Below, piece after piece: positions 31,103 to 41,878 of a DNA stretch of 64,000 nt; the stretch's first letter is position 1; every line of letters begins with the position of its first letter. The notes beneath the pieces are model-generated. The model was not told the DNA's origin and did no database searches. It worked only from the letters and a program-made list of their open reading frames with translations. The position numbers and the translations under genes are program-made. The stretch is taken from the NCBI GenBank assembly GCA_963791995.1, contig CAWBUQ010000016.1, forward strand, positions 39,535-103,534, read 5' to 3'. Source of the stretch: an uncultured Acidimicrobiaceae bacterium. Its GTDB lineage: Bacteria > Actinomycetota > Acidimicrobiia > Acidimicrobiales > RAAP-2.

Positions 31103-31175
31103 GCCGGTGATGCTCGGGTGGCTGAGCGCCCACCTCGTACGCGGGAGCGCGAGAGTTCGACACTCTCCACCGGCT
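31103..31175 (+). tRNA. tRNA-Thr(CGT)
   Basis: Acceptor GCCGGTG/CACCGGC, D arm GCTC-GGGTGGCT-GAGC, loop CTCGTAC (stem with one A.C), T arm GAGAG-TTCGACA-CTCTC. Confidence 0.75.
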
Positions 31176-31460
31176 CTGGGCGGAGTCACCGCAAGCCCGA
31201 CTCGTGCACTTCGTGGGTGAACCCGGACCGATCTGGCGCACTGTTTGGTTGTCACTGTGAGCTGCATCGGGTCGCGAGCCCCAAGGGGGACGTCGGGACA
31301 GAACCGACTTCGTGCTGACCGAGGGTGGGACTGGGGACTCCGACGCGCAGACTTCGGATTCGATACCCGAAGGCTCTGGCAGGACCGGAGAGTGGCGAGG
31401 GCCGCGCTGTCCCGTGCTCGAACTCGTGGATCCTCGTAGGAGTGTGCCCCAGATCGGGTT

Positions 31461-33131
31461 TTGCCCCCGGTTACCATGCGGGGATGGCGCGCGGCATCGG
31501 GACCGTCTGATGCCGCGGGCCGCCCGAAGCGGCCGAGGCTGTCTCGGTGGCCCAACGCGCAGGCAACGGTCGCGGCTGGCTCGTCACGCGCTTGGCCTCA
31601 TGAGTATCAGCGCTTTCATCCTCGCGGACTGTCGCGGCTCCAAGTGGCGCGGGGACCGCGATTCACGTCCAAGAGCACCACCACGACGACGGTCCGGGCC
31701 GGCCAGCCGGTGGTCACGCCCGGCCACAGCACGACCAAAGGCCCGATCGGCACCAACCCCGCCAAGGCCCAGGGCGTCAAGCTCACCATTCTCAGTGGGT
31801 TGCTCCAAGGCGAGCCCATTTACAACGGAGACTTCGCGGACCCCTACGCCCTCTACGACGGAGACACCGTGTACACCTACGCAACCGGCACGACCGATGG
31901 TCCGGACGCGAAGGCGGCACACATCCCGGTCATCGCCATCACACGTTCGACCGGCTTCGCTGGGCACTATCTGGGCGACGCCCTCCCCACGCTGCCCAAG
32001 TGGACCGTGTCCGGCTACCAGTGGGCTCCGTCGGTGTGGGCACGGCCCGATGGGACCTTCGTCATGTACTACTCGACTCCGGCCACCAACCCGATCAATT
32101 GCATCTACAAGGTGACCAATCCGGGGTGCACCGTCACGACGAACGGACCGAATACGGCGATGTGCGTTTCCCGCGCCACCAGCACGAGCCCCTCCGGCCC
32201 GTTCGTCGACGACTCCTCCTCTCCGTTCATATGCCCCTACCAACAGGGCGGCGCGATCGATCCCAGCATCTACATTCGCTCCGACGGCACCCCGTGGCTG
32301 CTCTGGAAGAGCGATGGCGACTGCTGCAACCAGCCCACGTACATCTACTCCCAGCAGCTCTCCTCAGACGGGCTCTCCACGGTCGGACTACCCCATCTCC
32401 TCATTGGCGCCACCCAGGCGTGGGAGGGTGGCCTGGTCGAGGCACCTTCCATGATCAAGGAGGGATCTGTCTACTGGCTCTTCTACTCAGCCAACCTTTG
32501 GGGGACGCCCGACTACAGCATCGGCATCGCGGCGTGTACGTCAGTCACCGGCCCTTGCGCCAAGCCGCTCGATCGGGCGTGGCACACGAGCACCAACAAC
32601 GCGTTAGGTCAGGGGTACGGCGGGTCGGAGTTCTTCCAGACCGGAACCCTGATCTGGATGGTGCATCACGGGCTCGTCCCAGGAGAGACGGGCAACTACG
32701 CGGAGAGGCGTCTCTACGTCGACCTCGTGGTCTTCCCTCCGAGCGGGCTGCCCGAGGTGGCTGCCCGCGCACCCGCTGCTGCGATGGCCGATGCCGAGCT
32801 CTACTACGAGGACCCCAGCCTCCCGAAACAGCCCCAGAAGGCCTACACCCACCTGGTTTCAACCGTCCCGGTCCCGGGAGCGTTCGCCGGCGTCAGCGCT
32901 CAGAAGGCCATCGGCTTGGGCGAGTTGGCGTGCACCGGGCTCTCCCACCACGACGATTCATCGCAGCTCGTCGCTTCGCTCTCTGATCGCGGCCTGGACG
33001 ACTTCGAGTCCTACGTCGTGACGGAGTTCGCGGCCCAGTACCTGTGCCCGAAGGACACGCTGCAGGAATCGTCCGACATGCACCAAGCGCTTCTCACACG
33101 TCCCGGCCCCCGAGGATCAGCTAGCCGTTGA
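31461..33131 (+). CDS. GH43-family glycoside hydrolase with a C-terminal Cys-pair (DUF732-like) extension. Start uncertain.
   Basis: GDFADPYALYDGDTVYTY.., YQWAPSVWARPDGTFVMYYS, GGAIDPSIYIRSDGTPWLLWKSDG, VEAPSMIKEGSVYWLFYSANLW are five-bladed propeller GH43 patterns. No clear signal peptide in frame. Confidence 0.8.
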   Translation: MPPVTMRGWRAASGPSDAAGRPKRPRLSRWPNAQATVAAGSSRAWPHEYQRFHPRGLSRLQVARGPRFTSKSTTTTTVRAGQPVVTPGHSTTKGPIGTNPAKAQGVKLTILSGLLQGEPIYNGDFADPYALYDGDTVYTYATGTTDGPDAKAAHIPVIAITRSTGFAGHYLGDALPTLPKWTVSGYQWAPSVWARPDGTFVMYYSTPATNPINCIYKVTNPGCTVTTNGPNTAMCVSRATSTSPSGPFVDDSSSPFICPYQQGGAIDPSIYIRSDGTPWLLWKSDGDCCNQPTYIYSQQLSSDGLSTVGLPHLLIGATQAWEGGLVEAPSMIKEGSVYWLFYSANLWGTPDYSIGIAACTSVTGPCAKPLDRAWHTSTNNALGQGYGGSEFFQTGTLIWMVHHGLVPGETGNYAERRLYVDLVVFPPSGLPEVAARAPAAAMADAELYYEDPSLPKQPQKAYTHLVSTVPVPGAFAGVSAQKAIGLGELACTGLSHHDDSSQLVASLSDRGLDDFESYVVTEFAAQYLCPKDTLQESSDMHQALLTRPGPRGSASR

Positions 33132-35174
33132 CAGCCTCGCTCGGCCGTTGCGGCTCGGGGGCCGCCAACGTGCCCGTCTGCAGACGCCCGCTCGACTGAA
33201 GCCGAGCGCGGGTTGCCACCACATGGCAGTACTCGACGAGAGCGGTGCGATCAGCATCTGTGCCGCGGCGTCACGGTCCCGCCGACTCGCCAACGGTTGG
33301 ACGCCACTCGATCGGCTACGACATTCCGTCACCATCAGCATGAGGTGCGTCGACTGCGTACGGCCATCGACGAGGGGCAAATCGAGACTCAGCTCGGCCT
33401 GGGACCCGCGCTCGATGGCGACCGGGCTCACCAGGCCGACACCGCCCGTCGTGAGGTCCACCACTCTCACGATGCGGTCGCCGACCACGCCGGCGAGACT
33501 CCCCGGAGCCCGGTACTGGTGGCGAAGTTGCCGGCGCTCACTGACCTTCGCCAGCGCGGTCGCCGTCAACCCCAGCTCCCAGAGCCCCAGCGCCAGACCG
33601 ATCACGAGCGGGGCGGTGCCGAGTGTGGGCAGCGGGACGAGACCCGCCACGGCGAGTCCCCGCAGGACCAGGGCGGCGGCCAGCACAACAGCGATCCCCA
33701 TGACGAGCCGGAGCTGGCTCAGCGCCCGCCATCCTCCGTCGTCGATACCGTCTTTCGGGGTCACCTTGAAGGTAGAGGACGTCGGGCCGAACAGCGACAA
33801 CGCGGCCAAGGCGAAGATCTCCATCGTCAACAGCATCGTGTAGGTGCCGTCCCACAGGCTGGCGCGCCCTCGACAGAGCAGGGCCGAGGCCGCCATGTCG
33901 AGGGCGATCCACGGCAGCCAGAACATGAGGAACCCGCTGAGCGTTGCGTGCATCGGCAGCTGCCCACTGATCAACATGATCGTCAGAACGGCCAGAAGAC
34001 CTAACCGTTGAAGGGGGACGAAATACGCCAGCAGCGACGAGAGGTAACTGACCCGCTGGGACGGCGACAGGTGGCGCGCCACCAGTGGATTCTCGGGAGT
34101 CTTGAAGACCGCCAGATTGCCGCGTGCCCAGCGGTCTCTCTGCAAGAGATAGGACGACAGGTCGTGGGGCGCCAGACCCTGTACGAGGGTCTCGTTGTGA
34201 AAGCGCGTCTTCCATCCGCGCCCGTGCATCTTGATGGTGGTGTGGAAGTCCTCCGCGATGGTCTGTGTCGCCACTCCCCCCACCTCGACGAGCGCGGCGC
34301 GCCGGATCACCGCCGCAGAGCCGCACCAGAAGACGCCGTTGTGTCGATCCTTCCCGGGCAAGATCACCTCGAAGAACATGCTCTGGTCGTGCTTGCCGGT
34401 GGCAAAATGCTGGAACGAGTCCTGGTTGCTGAAATCATGCGGGGTCTGGACGACGGCCACGTCGGAGTCGTCGAAGTAGCCCACGGTCGCGTCGAGGATG
34501 TCGGGCTGAGGCACGTGGTCGGCATCGAGCACGAGGAGCAGGTCGCCGTTGAGGACCTTCAAGGCGTGGTTGATGTTGCCGGCCTTGGCGTGTGTGTTGT
34601 CGGGCCGGGTGACGTAGCGCGCCCCGAATCGATTCGCCAGCTGACGCACCGTCTCACGACGACCGTCGTCGAGGATCCAGGTCACATGTGGGTACGTGAT
34701 GCGGGCACACCCGAGCAGAGTGGCTTCGAGCACGTCCATGCCCTCGTCGTAGGTGCAGACGACGACGTCCACGCTGTGAGACTGCTCGATCTGGGGCCGC
34801 GTGGACTTCGGAATGCGCCACGACAAGAAGCAGAAGCTGGCCAGCATCAACCAGCCGAACAACTCGCAGGCGAACAGCAGCACGAAGAGAGCCGGTTCCG
34901 TGTGCTCCCACGTGTCGATGACCCGCCATCCCAGGTACACGCCGCCCCAGAGGACTGCGAACAAGGCAACGACACGGATGAAGATCTCGTTCCTCAACCA
35001 CTTAGGTGCGACGGGGGCACGGGGTGCTGCATGTCTCACATCCAATGAATCGACAACGGGGGTGAGGGAATTGAGGCCCAGTTGCGCAGTTGGTTCCTGG
35101 GCTCGGACTGTTGTGAACCAGTTGACCGTTTCTTGTTGATTGTGCGTTGTTCGAGCGCTTATCAGCCGCGTCAT
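33117..35174 (-). CDS. Cellulose-synthase-like processive GT2 (BcsA-like) with C-terminal PilZ domain
   Basis: VVVCTYDE, ILDDGRR, LVLDADH, VFWCGSAAV, TIAEDFHT, LLQRDRWARG (QxxRW), multiple TMs. PilZ motifs RRQLR and DLTTGG. Confidence 0.85.
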   Translation of the reverse strand: MTRLISARTTHNQQETVNWFTTVRAQEPTAQLGLNSLTPVVDSLDVRHAAPRAPVAPKWLRNEIFIRVVALFAVLWGGVYLGWRVIDTWEHTEPALFVLLFACELFGWLMLASFCFLSWRIPKSTRPQIEQSHSVDVVVCTYDEGMDVLEATLLGCARITYPHVTWILDDGRRETVRQLANRFGARYVTRPDNTHAKAGNINHALKVLNGDLLLVLDADHVPQPDILDATVGYFDDSDVAVVQTPHDFSNQDSFQHFATGKHDQSMFFEVILPGKDRHNGVFWCGSAAVIRRAALVEVGGVATQTIAEDFHTTIKMHGRGWKTRFHNETLVQGLAPHDLSSYLLQRDRWARGNLAVFKTPENPLVARHLSPSQRVSYLSSLLAYFVPLQRLGLLAVLTIMLISGQLPMHATLSGFLMFWLPWIALDMAASALLCRGRASLWDGTYTMLLTMEIFALAALSLFGPTSSTFKVTPKDGIDDGGWRALSQLRLVMGIAVVLAAALVLRGLAVAGLVPLPTLGTAPLVIGLALGLWELGLTATALAKVSERRQLRHQYRAPGSLAGVVGDRIVRVVDLTTGGVGLVSPVAIERGSQAELSLDLPLVDGRTQSTHLMLMVTECRSRSSGVQPLASRRDRDAAAQMLIAPLSSSTAMWWQPALGFSRAGVCRRARWRPPSRNGRARLSTAS

Positions 35175-35604
35175 TCACGAACCCGGCGGCCGTTGCCTCC
35201 TCACCCAGCTCCAGGGCACGAACGTTGTGCGCGACGTCGCCTCTTCTTCGTCGGTCGACACCGCCGTTGAGTGGTTCGCAGGCACGCGGTGGATCCATAG
35301 AGCGAGATCCCGTGCATCGGCAGCGCCCGTTCCCGTGCACCGCCCTCAAGACCGTCTTGACCAGTGACGAAAGTCATAGGTGCCCCCCGTTGAGCAGCCG
35401 CTACGCCGCACGACGACACACGGTCCGCACCGAGGCCATCCAGAAGATCGCTGGGCTCCGCGAAGCGTTGACTCGAGTCGTCCGCTCACGGGGTGGGATG
35501 CCGGCGGTGGTGGCTTCGGCGCGCCGCCTCTCGACACCCATTCCGATGGGCCGACCGACTCAACGGAGCCCGTTGCGGCGCGGCCCAAGACGCGGTGGAC
35601 GTGG

Positions 35605-36210
35605 ATGATCGGGCTGCTGACGTTCACCACCTTCGCCGTCGGCGGCGTCTTCGGTGCGCAAGCCGCGTTCTCGTCGCCGAATGGCACCATGCAGTCGCAT
35701 GGCACCGCTCACCTGGCACGGTTCGTCACACCGACTTCCGTCACGACCTCGACGACCACTTCGAGTACGACCACCACAACAACGACCGCGCCCGCACCGG
35801 TTCAGGCCGCGCCACCAACGACTGCTCCGGCACCTCCCCCAGCGCCAGCTCCAGCACCGACGGCCGCCGTCGTGCCGGCGGCACCGCCTGCGGTACCGGC
35901 CTTCGGCCAGGCGACGGCGTGGGGGTGCCCGGCGGCCCTTGCGTACCTGCAGGCGTACGCAGCACCAGGCTTCGCCTTGTCATGCCCCGGTTACGCCCTT
36001 GGCCACGAGGCAATGACGTGCGTGCACAGCACGCCGCAGTACCCGAACGCCTGTCCCAACGGTCCGACGATCGACATCTCCGACGCCTGCCCGCAGGCCT
36101 ACATGAACGAGACGGCGAACTCGTGGTATCTGACCGGCCAGCTCGCCACCGAGCAGCAGAAGTACGGGGTGTCCTACGCCTCCATCGACCCCTTCGGAGC
36201 GTGCCCCTAA
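35605..36210 (+). CDS. Secreted/anchored protein: TM or signal, Thr/Pro-rich linker, 8-Cys C-terminal domain (unknown function)
   Basis: MIGLLTFTTFAVGGVFGAQA.., TTSTTTSSTTTTTTTAPAPVQAAPPTTAPAPPPAPAPAP.., then ..WGCPAAL..LSCPGY..MTCVH..NACPN..DACPQ..FGACP*. The start could be further upstream. Confidence 0.6.
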   Translation: MIGLLTFTTFAVGGVFGAQAAFSSPNGTMQSHGTAHLARFVTPTSVTTSTTTSSTTTTTTTAPAPVQAAPPTTAPAPPPAPAPAPTAAVVPAAPPAVPAFGQATAWGCPAALAYLQAYAAPGFALSCPGYALGHEAMTCVHSTPQYPNACPNGPTIDISDACPQAYMNETANSWYLTGQLATEQQKYGVSYASIDPFGACP

Positions 36211-36334
36211 GGGTTCCGAAACAGCGGCTTCTTGAACTTCGGCCTCCATGGAGAGGTTTCTCCGGAGACCTTTGACCTCTCGAACCAGCAAGAGAGCGGC
36301 TTGCGAGATACAACCGTCCGAGACATCGCTCAGA

Positions 36335-38114
36335 TCACTCGGCCGGTAGGCGCCACCCCACGAGTGCAGCACGCAGACGCTTCAGAGGTGCCTTGGGAGT
36401 TCTGTCCATGCGCACCAAGCCGTTGGTCTCTTGAAACGTGTCGGTGAGTTGCGTCCAGCAGTATCCCGAAATCACCGGGCTGTACAAGACCGCTCGACAA
36501 ATGTCGCAGACTTGCTCGAGCCACGATTCGATCGTGGGGGCATTGCCGTAGCCATAGGCGTCAGGTGCTTCCTCGGCGAGCATGATGCCACCGCATTCCG
36601 ACAGGACGATTGCCCGCGACTCGGCGTCGAACTCGTCAAGGGCCAACGTCCGTATTTCAGGGCCCAGGCCATCGAATAACTCGCCGACACTCTGAGCAGA
36701 CGCGTACCGCGAGGTGAGCGCCGCCGCATCCTGCATGTAGTCGTGAATACCGATCACGTTTCCACCCCACGTCTCCCAGCCGTCGTTTGCGCTGATGAGA
36801 CGGTGCGGGTCGAGTGCCATCGTCAGATTCGTGAGCCCTCGCAAGGCCGCACGGTGTTGCTCGTTGTGAGTGAGATCTGGAAACCCCCACGATTCATTGA
36901 CTGGAACCCACGCGATGATCGACGGATGGTTGCAATCTCGAGAGATGACGCGCATCCACTCGGTCGTCAAGGCGACGACCGTACTGCGGCGAGAACTCGT
37001 GGGCACTGGGGAGTTCTTCCCAGACGAGAACCCCAAGTTCATCGCAGAAAGCAAGCCAGCGCGGATCCTCGATCTTCTGATGTTTGCGAACACCATTGAG
37101 GCCCAGCTCCTTGACCAATTCGACATCTCGGCGCAGTGCCGCCACGTCGGGAGCAGTGAGTCCGCTGTCAGGCCAGTATCCCTGGTCAAGAGCCATCCGA
37201 AGGGTGAGCAGCTCACCATTCAGCCATATGCGTCCACGCTCAACCGCGACGGAGCGGATCCCCACATAGCTTTCGACCGCGTCGGTCTCACTTCCGGTGA
37301 CGTACTCGATGGAGGCATCAATCAGAGTGGGCCGATCGGGGCTCCAGAGAAGGCCCGCCGGATCCTCTGTCGCGGCGGATTGCAGGTTGAATGTTCGGGC
37401 TACTTGGACGCTCTGGTCGCGCACGCCCTTCACAGCGATCTGGTCGTCGATCAATGGCCTCGTGCCCTGAAACAGCCGCACTCGCATGAAATCCCCAGGG
37501 CGTGGATCTCCTTGAATTTCTGCTCTCAGTGATACGGACGGCCCATCGATATCTGATGTCCAGTCGAGCTGCGCGATGTAGGTCCTCGGAGTCCATTCCA
37601 GCCACACCGACTGCCAAATCCCAGTGGTGCGGCTGTACCAGATCTCGTGCGGCTTCGATGTCCAATCCTGCTTCCCGCGTGGAAGACCTTTCCTCCTCGG
37701 GAAGTCATCCGCCCGCACCACAATTTCGAGCTCATCTGCCTCAGACACAGCGTGACTGATGTCGACAGCAAATGGAGTGTGTCCTCCCTCGTGGGAGCCA
37801 ACCATCTCCCCGTTGACCCAAACCCAGGACGCCCAATCGATCGCTCCGAAGTGAAGGATGACCCTCTTCTCAGATGGATGATCGACCGGCGGCCGCCACA
37901 TCCGGCGGTACCAACACCGGCTCAGATCTCCAGTGAACTTGACGCCACTGAGCACCGTTTCGGGACAGAAGGGCACCAGGATGCGTGCGTCGAAGTCCAC
38001 ATCAGAGGGGTGCTGCCACCCGCTGTCGGGATCCACTGCAAAATCCCACGACCCGTCGAGGCTCTCCCACGTGGAGCGCCGAAGAAGGGGACGCGGAAAT
38101 TGTTCGTCTCGCAT
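36335..38114 (-). CDS. GH2-family glycoside hydrolase (beta-galactosidase/glucuronidase-like), 1 frameshift near 36960
   Basis: ..VILHFGAIDWASWVWVNGEMVGSHEGGHTPF..; ..GLNGVRKHQKIEDPRWLAFCDELGVLVWEE..; ..NHPSIIAWVPVNESWG..; ..SECGGI.. (ORFs 36894-38114 and 36335-37219). Confidence 0.8.
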
Positions 38115-38589
38115 TCGGAGGTCCCATCGTGTTGGTGGATGTTTCCCCTAAGCTTGCCCGTGCCAGAAGGGAGCGGGTAATGCCCCTGGTCACAGGCTCG
38201 AACCCTCAAGCAAGCTGGCCCGCTCTGGGCAGCGCGTCATGCAGGGTCTCGCATATCCACCTGCCCGGATCTTGGGTCTGGGTCTGCCGTGAAGGGCTGA
38301 ACGTGAGCGTCTTCGCGCCATGGGCAAGGGCGGGGAGATTCGCCGACCGCATCCTGGACGCGGGAGGCCGATAACGACGCCGGCCTTTTGGCCGAATGAA
38401 CCCAGAACTTTTCCAATTCGGCAGCACACGCCTAGCCATCGGGCGGCTGATTGAAACCATGGTTGGATTCTCCGGGACGGGGTAAAGACAACCAAAGCGC
38501 AACGGAAGCCATAGAGGCGTGTCTACAAGGATCGCTCCCGCCGCGCGGATGACCGGCAACTACTGCCGTAAAGGATGGTATGAGACGCC

Positions 38590-39219
38590 ATGTGGCGAGG
38601 TGTCTACGCGCCAGTCTCGGCGCTACTTCTCGTGGTCACTTTGGGCACATTCGGGGTTCCCGCCGGTGCCAAAAGCGCCCAGAGCGATCTTCAGGCGAAG
38701 GCGCTGTCCATTTCCGATATGCCGAGCGGGTGGACCAAGGACAGGTCGCCCCAAGCTGCCAACCTTTCGAGTCTCGGGGGCTGCCTCAAGGAATTGGCCG
38801 ACCCCAAGAAGCCCGCTGGCCTTTTCCAGGTGGCTGTGGCATTCGGCCTTCATTCCCTGCCCGCACTCGAGGAGGTTCTCGACACAGGCAAGACGGCGCA
38901 AACCCGCTACGACAAGTCCATTGAGGTACTGAGCAACTGCACCACGGTGCGCATCACGAGGAACGGAAAGACGTTCACTTGCTCAGTGGACGCGATGACC
39001 TTTCCAGCGATTGCCGATTCGTCCTCGGCGTACAGCATTTCCCTCACGGCCGAGGGTGTCTCCATCGACATCGACATCATCTACTTCCGTCTTGGAAACA
39101 TTTACGGCAGCTTGAGCTACGAGAACTTCTCACCCGCCGAGGGCACGGTCGAAGACTTCGTCGATGAGGCCGTGAGCAAGGTTGAAGGCAGCCCCATCAA
39201 GACAGCGGTGAGCAGTTGA
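38590..39219 (+). CDS. Secreted hypothetical protein
   Basis: Signal-like N-terminus MWRGVYAPVSALLLVVTLGTFGVPAGA. Intact 209-aa ORF in an AT-richer stretch. No family recognised. Confidence 0.55.
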   Translation: MWRGVYAPVSALLLVVTLGTFGVPAGAKSAQSDLQAKALSISDMPSGWTKDRSPQAANLSSLGGCLKELADPKKPAGLFQVAVAFGLHSLPALEEVLDTGKTAQTRYDKSIEVLSNCTTVRITRNGKTFTCSVDAMTFPAIADSSSAYSISLTAEGVSIDIDIIYFRLGNIYGSLSYENFSPAEGTVEDFVDEAVSKVEGSPIKTAVSS

Positions 39220-39370
39220 GTCGGCCGAGGGCGAAGACGCGAGTTAGCCGGCACGATCCCTCTTCAGACTGACAACGTCTGCCACAAACGGACGCATTCA
39301 CTGGCACTGGACCCGCGCAGCTGGAAGACAATCTTGGTTGAGCGCTGGCAGTCCGGGACCGCGTCGAAGC

Positions 39371-39697
39371 TCAGGCCTCTGGAGGCTCCTCGACAGCGCC
39401 CGGGGGCAAGGTGCCGGTGGCGGCCTCCCAGCCGATAGCGGCGAGGCGGGCAGTCATCACCTTGGTGATGCCGAGGCCGATGCCCGCTGCGGCAGCCCAC
39501 AGCAGTGCGTCGGGCCACGAGAATCGAGCGTCGGTGAGGTCAAACGGCGTAGCCGGGGCAGTGTCCTTACTGACGGCCTTATACGTGGCCCGGATGAGTT
39601 TCCGAGCGAGCAGCCCACCCAACATGCCGGTGACCACCGAGACAACTTTCCACGCCCGCTCACGGCCGGCCGTGTCGGGCGCTTGATGAACGGTCAC
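39371..39697 (-). CDS. Small membrane protein, DUF4235-like
   Basis: ..AWKVVSVVTGMLGGLLARKLIRATYKAV.. and a C-terminal TM ALLWAAAAGIGLGITKVM. Family name from memory. Confidence 0.55.
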   Translation of the reverse strand: MTVHQAPDTAGRERAWKVVSVVTGMLGGLLARKLIRATYKAVSKDTAPATPFDLTDARFSWPDALLWAAAAGIGLGITKVMTARLAAIGWEAATGTLPPGAVEEPPEA

Positions 39698-40094
39698 CCC
39701 AGCAATCTACTAACCGCCTGGGATTGATGCCCACGCTCGGAGTCGGCGTCTGGAAACCGATTCCATAGCCCGAGCGGCGGTCGGGTGCAGCGGGGCTCGT
39801 CTTCGCGTCGTCAGGGATGTTGGGCACCGCAGGCTGAGAGCTCCCCTTCGCCCTTCGCCCATTTCCGCGCCCGGCTCCGTAGACGCTCCCGTGAGTCCGT
39901 CGACATCGACAATCCGTTGCCGACTGCACGGGAGGACTCCAGCCAATGAATGAGCATCCATCTGAAGAGGCGAGCCGAGATGCCGGTTACCGATGCGGAC
40001 CGCCGCTTCAGGTTCCGATGGCCCAGGGAATGCCGGCAGCTCTCAGATGGAAACGGCGGGGTCATCGGGCTACTACCGCCGGTGAGAGCGAAAA

Positions 40095-40170
<76 letters not shown>

Positions 40171-40361
40171 CCCCGGAATGTGAAGCAAAGGGTCCAAGAA
40201 CAGCCCCCGAACGTTAGCAGCGAGCCAATGGGCTGACGGCTCCCGAAGCGCCTCAGAGAACGCCCCTGAGGAGGGCTCTTGGAGACGGCGGCCCGCCCGT
40301 CTGGCGCTTCCAGCCGGCGCAGACCGGGCAGACCGAAGCGTCATTCCCGTAACCTTCGACC

Positions 40362-41844
40362 ATGACGATCAACACCGCCGTACCCATCCGCCACGCCGAC
40401 CGCTTCTTCATCGGCGGGAAGTGGGTCGAGCCCTCGTCCTCCGACGTCATCGAGGTCATCGACTCGTCGACCGAGGAGCCCTACTTCAGCGTCGCCGAGG
40501 CCCGCGAGGCCGACATGGCCCGGGCGGTCGACGCCGCCCGCGAGGCCTTCGACCGCGGGCCGTGGCCCAGGATGACGCACGCCGAGCGGGCCGAGTACCT
40601 GCGGGCGATCGGCGAGGGCCTGCGGGGCAAGGCCGACGAGGTCGGCCAGCTGTGGCCCCGCGAGTCCGGCGCACTGCACCTCATCGCCCAGCACACCGCC
40701 CCCGGCATGGCCGGCGTCTTCGACTTCTACGCCGGCCTGGCCGACACCTTCCCCTTCGAGGAGCGGGCGCAGCCGACCATGGGCGGCGAGTTCGGCCTGC
40801 TGGTCCGCGAGCCGGTCGGCGTGGTCGGGGCGATCATCCCGTGGAACGCACCGCTCGGCCTCATCTCCTACAAGATCGCCCCCGCCCTGCTCGCCGGATG
40901 CACGGTCGTCCTCAAGTCCTCGCCGGAGGCTCCCGGCGCCGCCTACCTCTTCGCCGAGATCGCCGAGGACATCGGCTTGCCGCCGGGCGTGCTCAACGTC
41001 GTGACGGCGGACCGCGAGGTCTCCGAGCTCCTGGTGCGCAACCCCGGCGTCGACAAGATCACCTTCACCGGCTCCACCGCGGCCGGCCGTCGCATCGCCT
41101 CGCTCTGCGGTGAGCGGATCGCCCGCTGCACGCTCGAGCTCGGCGGCAAGTCGGCCGCGGTGATCCTCGACGACATGGACCTGCAGGCAGGCCGCCAGCG
41201 CCATCTCGGGCGCCGAGTGCTTCCTCTCGGGGCAGGTCTGCTCCTCGCTGACCCGGCTCATCGTCAGCCGCTCCCGCCACGACGAGTTCGTCGAGGCGCT
41301 GGCCGGCACCTTCTCCCAGGTCAAGGTCGGCGACCCCTTCGACGCGCAGACCCAGATGGGGCCCGCTCGCCATGGACCGCCAGCGCGACCGGGTCGAGGG
41401 CTACATCGCCAAGGGTGTGGCCGAGGGAGCGAAGCTGGCGACGGGCGGTGGCCGCCCCAAGGACCTCGAGCGTGGCTACTACATCGAGCCGACCGTCTTC
41501 GGCAACGTCGACAACCACTCGACCATCGCCCAAGAGGAGATCTTCGGTCCGGTCCTCAGCGTGATTCCCGGCCGACGACGAGGAGCACGCCGTCGACCCT
41601 CGCCAACGACACGATCTACGGCCTCAACGCCTCGGTCTTCACCAACGACGTCGACCGGGCGCGCCAGGTCGCCGGCCAGCTGCGCTCGGGCACCGTCGGC
41701 CACAACGCCTTCCGCACCGACTTCGGCATGGCGTTCGGCGGCTTCAAGCAGTCGGGCATCGGCCGAGAGGGTGGGACCGAGGGTCTGCTGCCGTTCCTCG
41801 AGACCAAGACCGTGATCCTCAACGGCGAGCCCAGCGGCTCCTAG
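40362..41844 (+). CDS. NAD(P)-dependent aldehyde dehydrogenase, 3 frameshifts as assembled
   Basis: ..[11 protein letters not shown].., ..[11 protein letters not shown].., ..[11 protein letters not shown].., ..[10 protein letters not shown].., ..NASVFTND.. are spread over ORFs 40362-, 41372- and 41356-41844. Confidence 0.85.
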
Positions 41845-41849
41845 AGAGC

Positions 41850-41867
41850 GCCGCCAGCCCCGGCGGC
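41850..41867. terminator. GC hairpin between convergent ALDH and rpoD genes
   Basis: gccgcc (41850-55) / ggcggc (41862-67), 6-nt loop. No T-tract. Confidence 0.3.
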
Positions 41868-41878
41868 ACGTCCGCGGA

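Noticed and set aside
31340-31380. T-arm-like hairpin TTCGG-ATTCGATAC-CCGAA downstream of the array
   Set aside because: The loop is 9 nt and no matching acceptor, anticodon or D arms were found. It is treated as a spacer or remnant.
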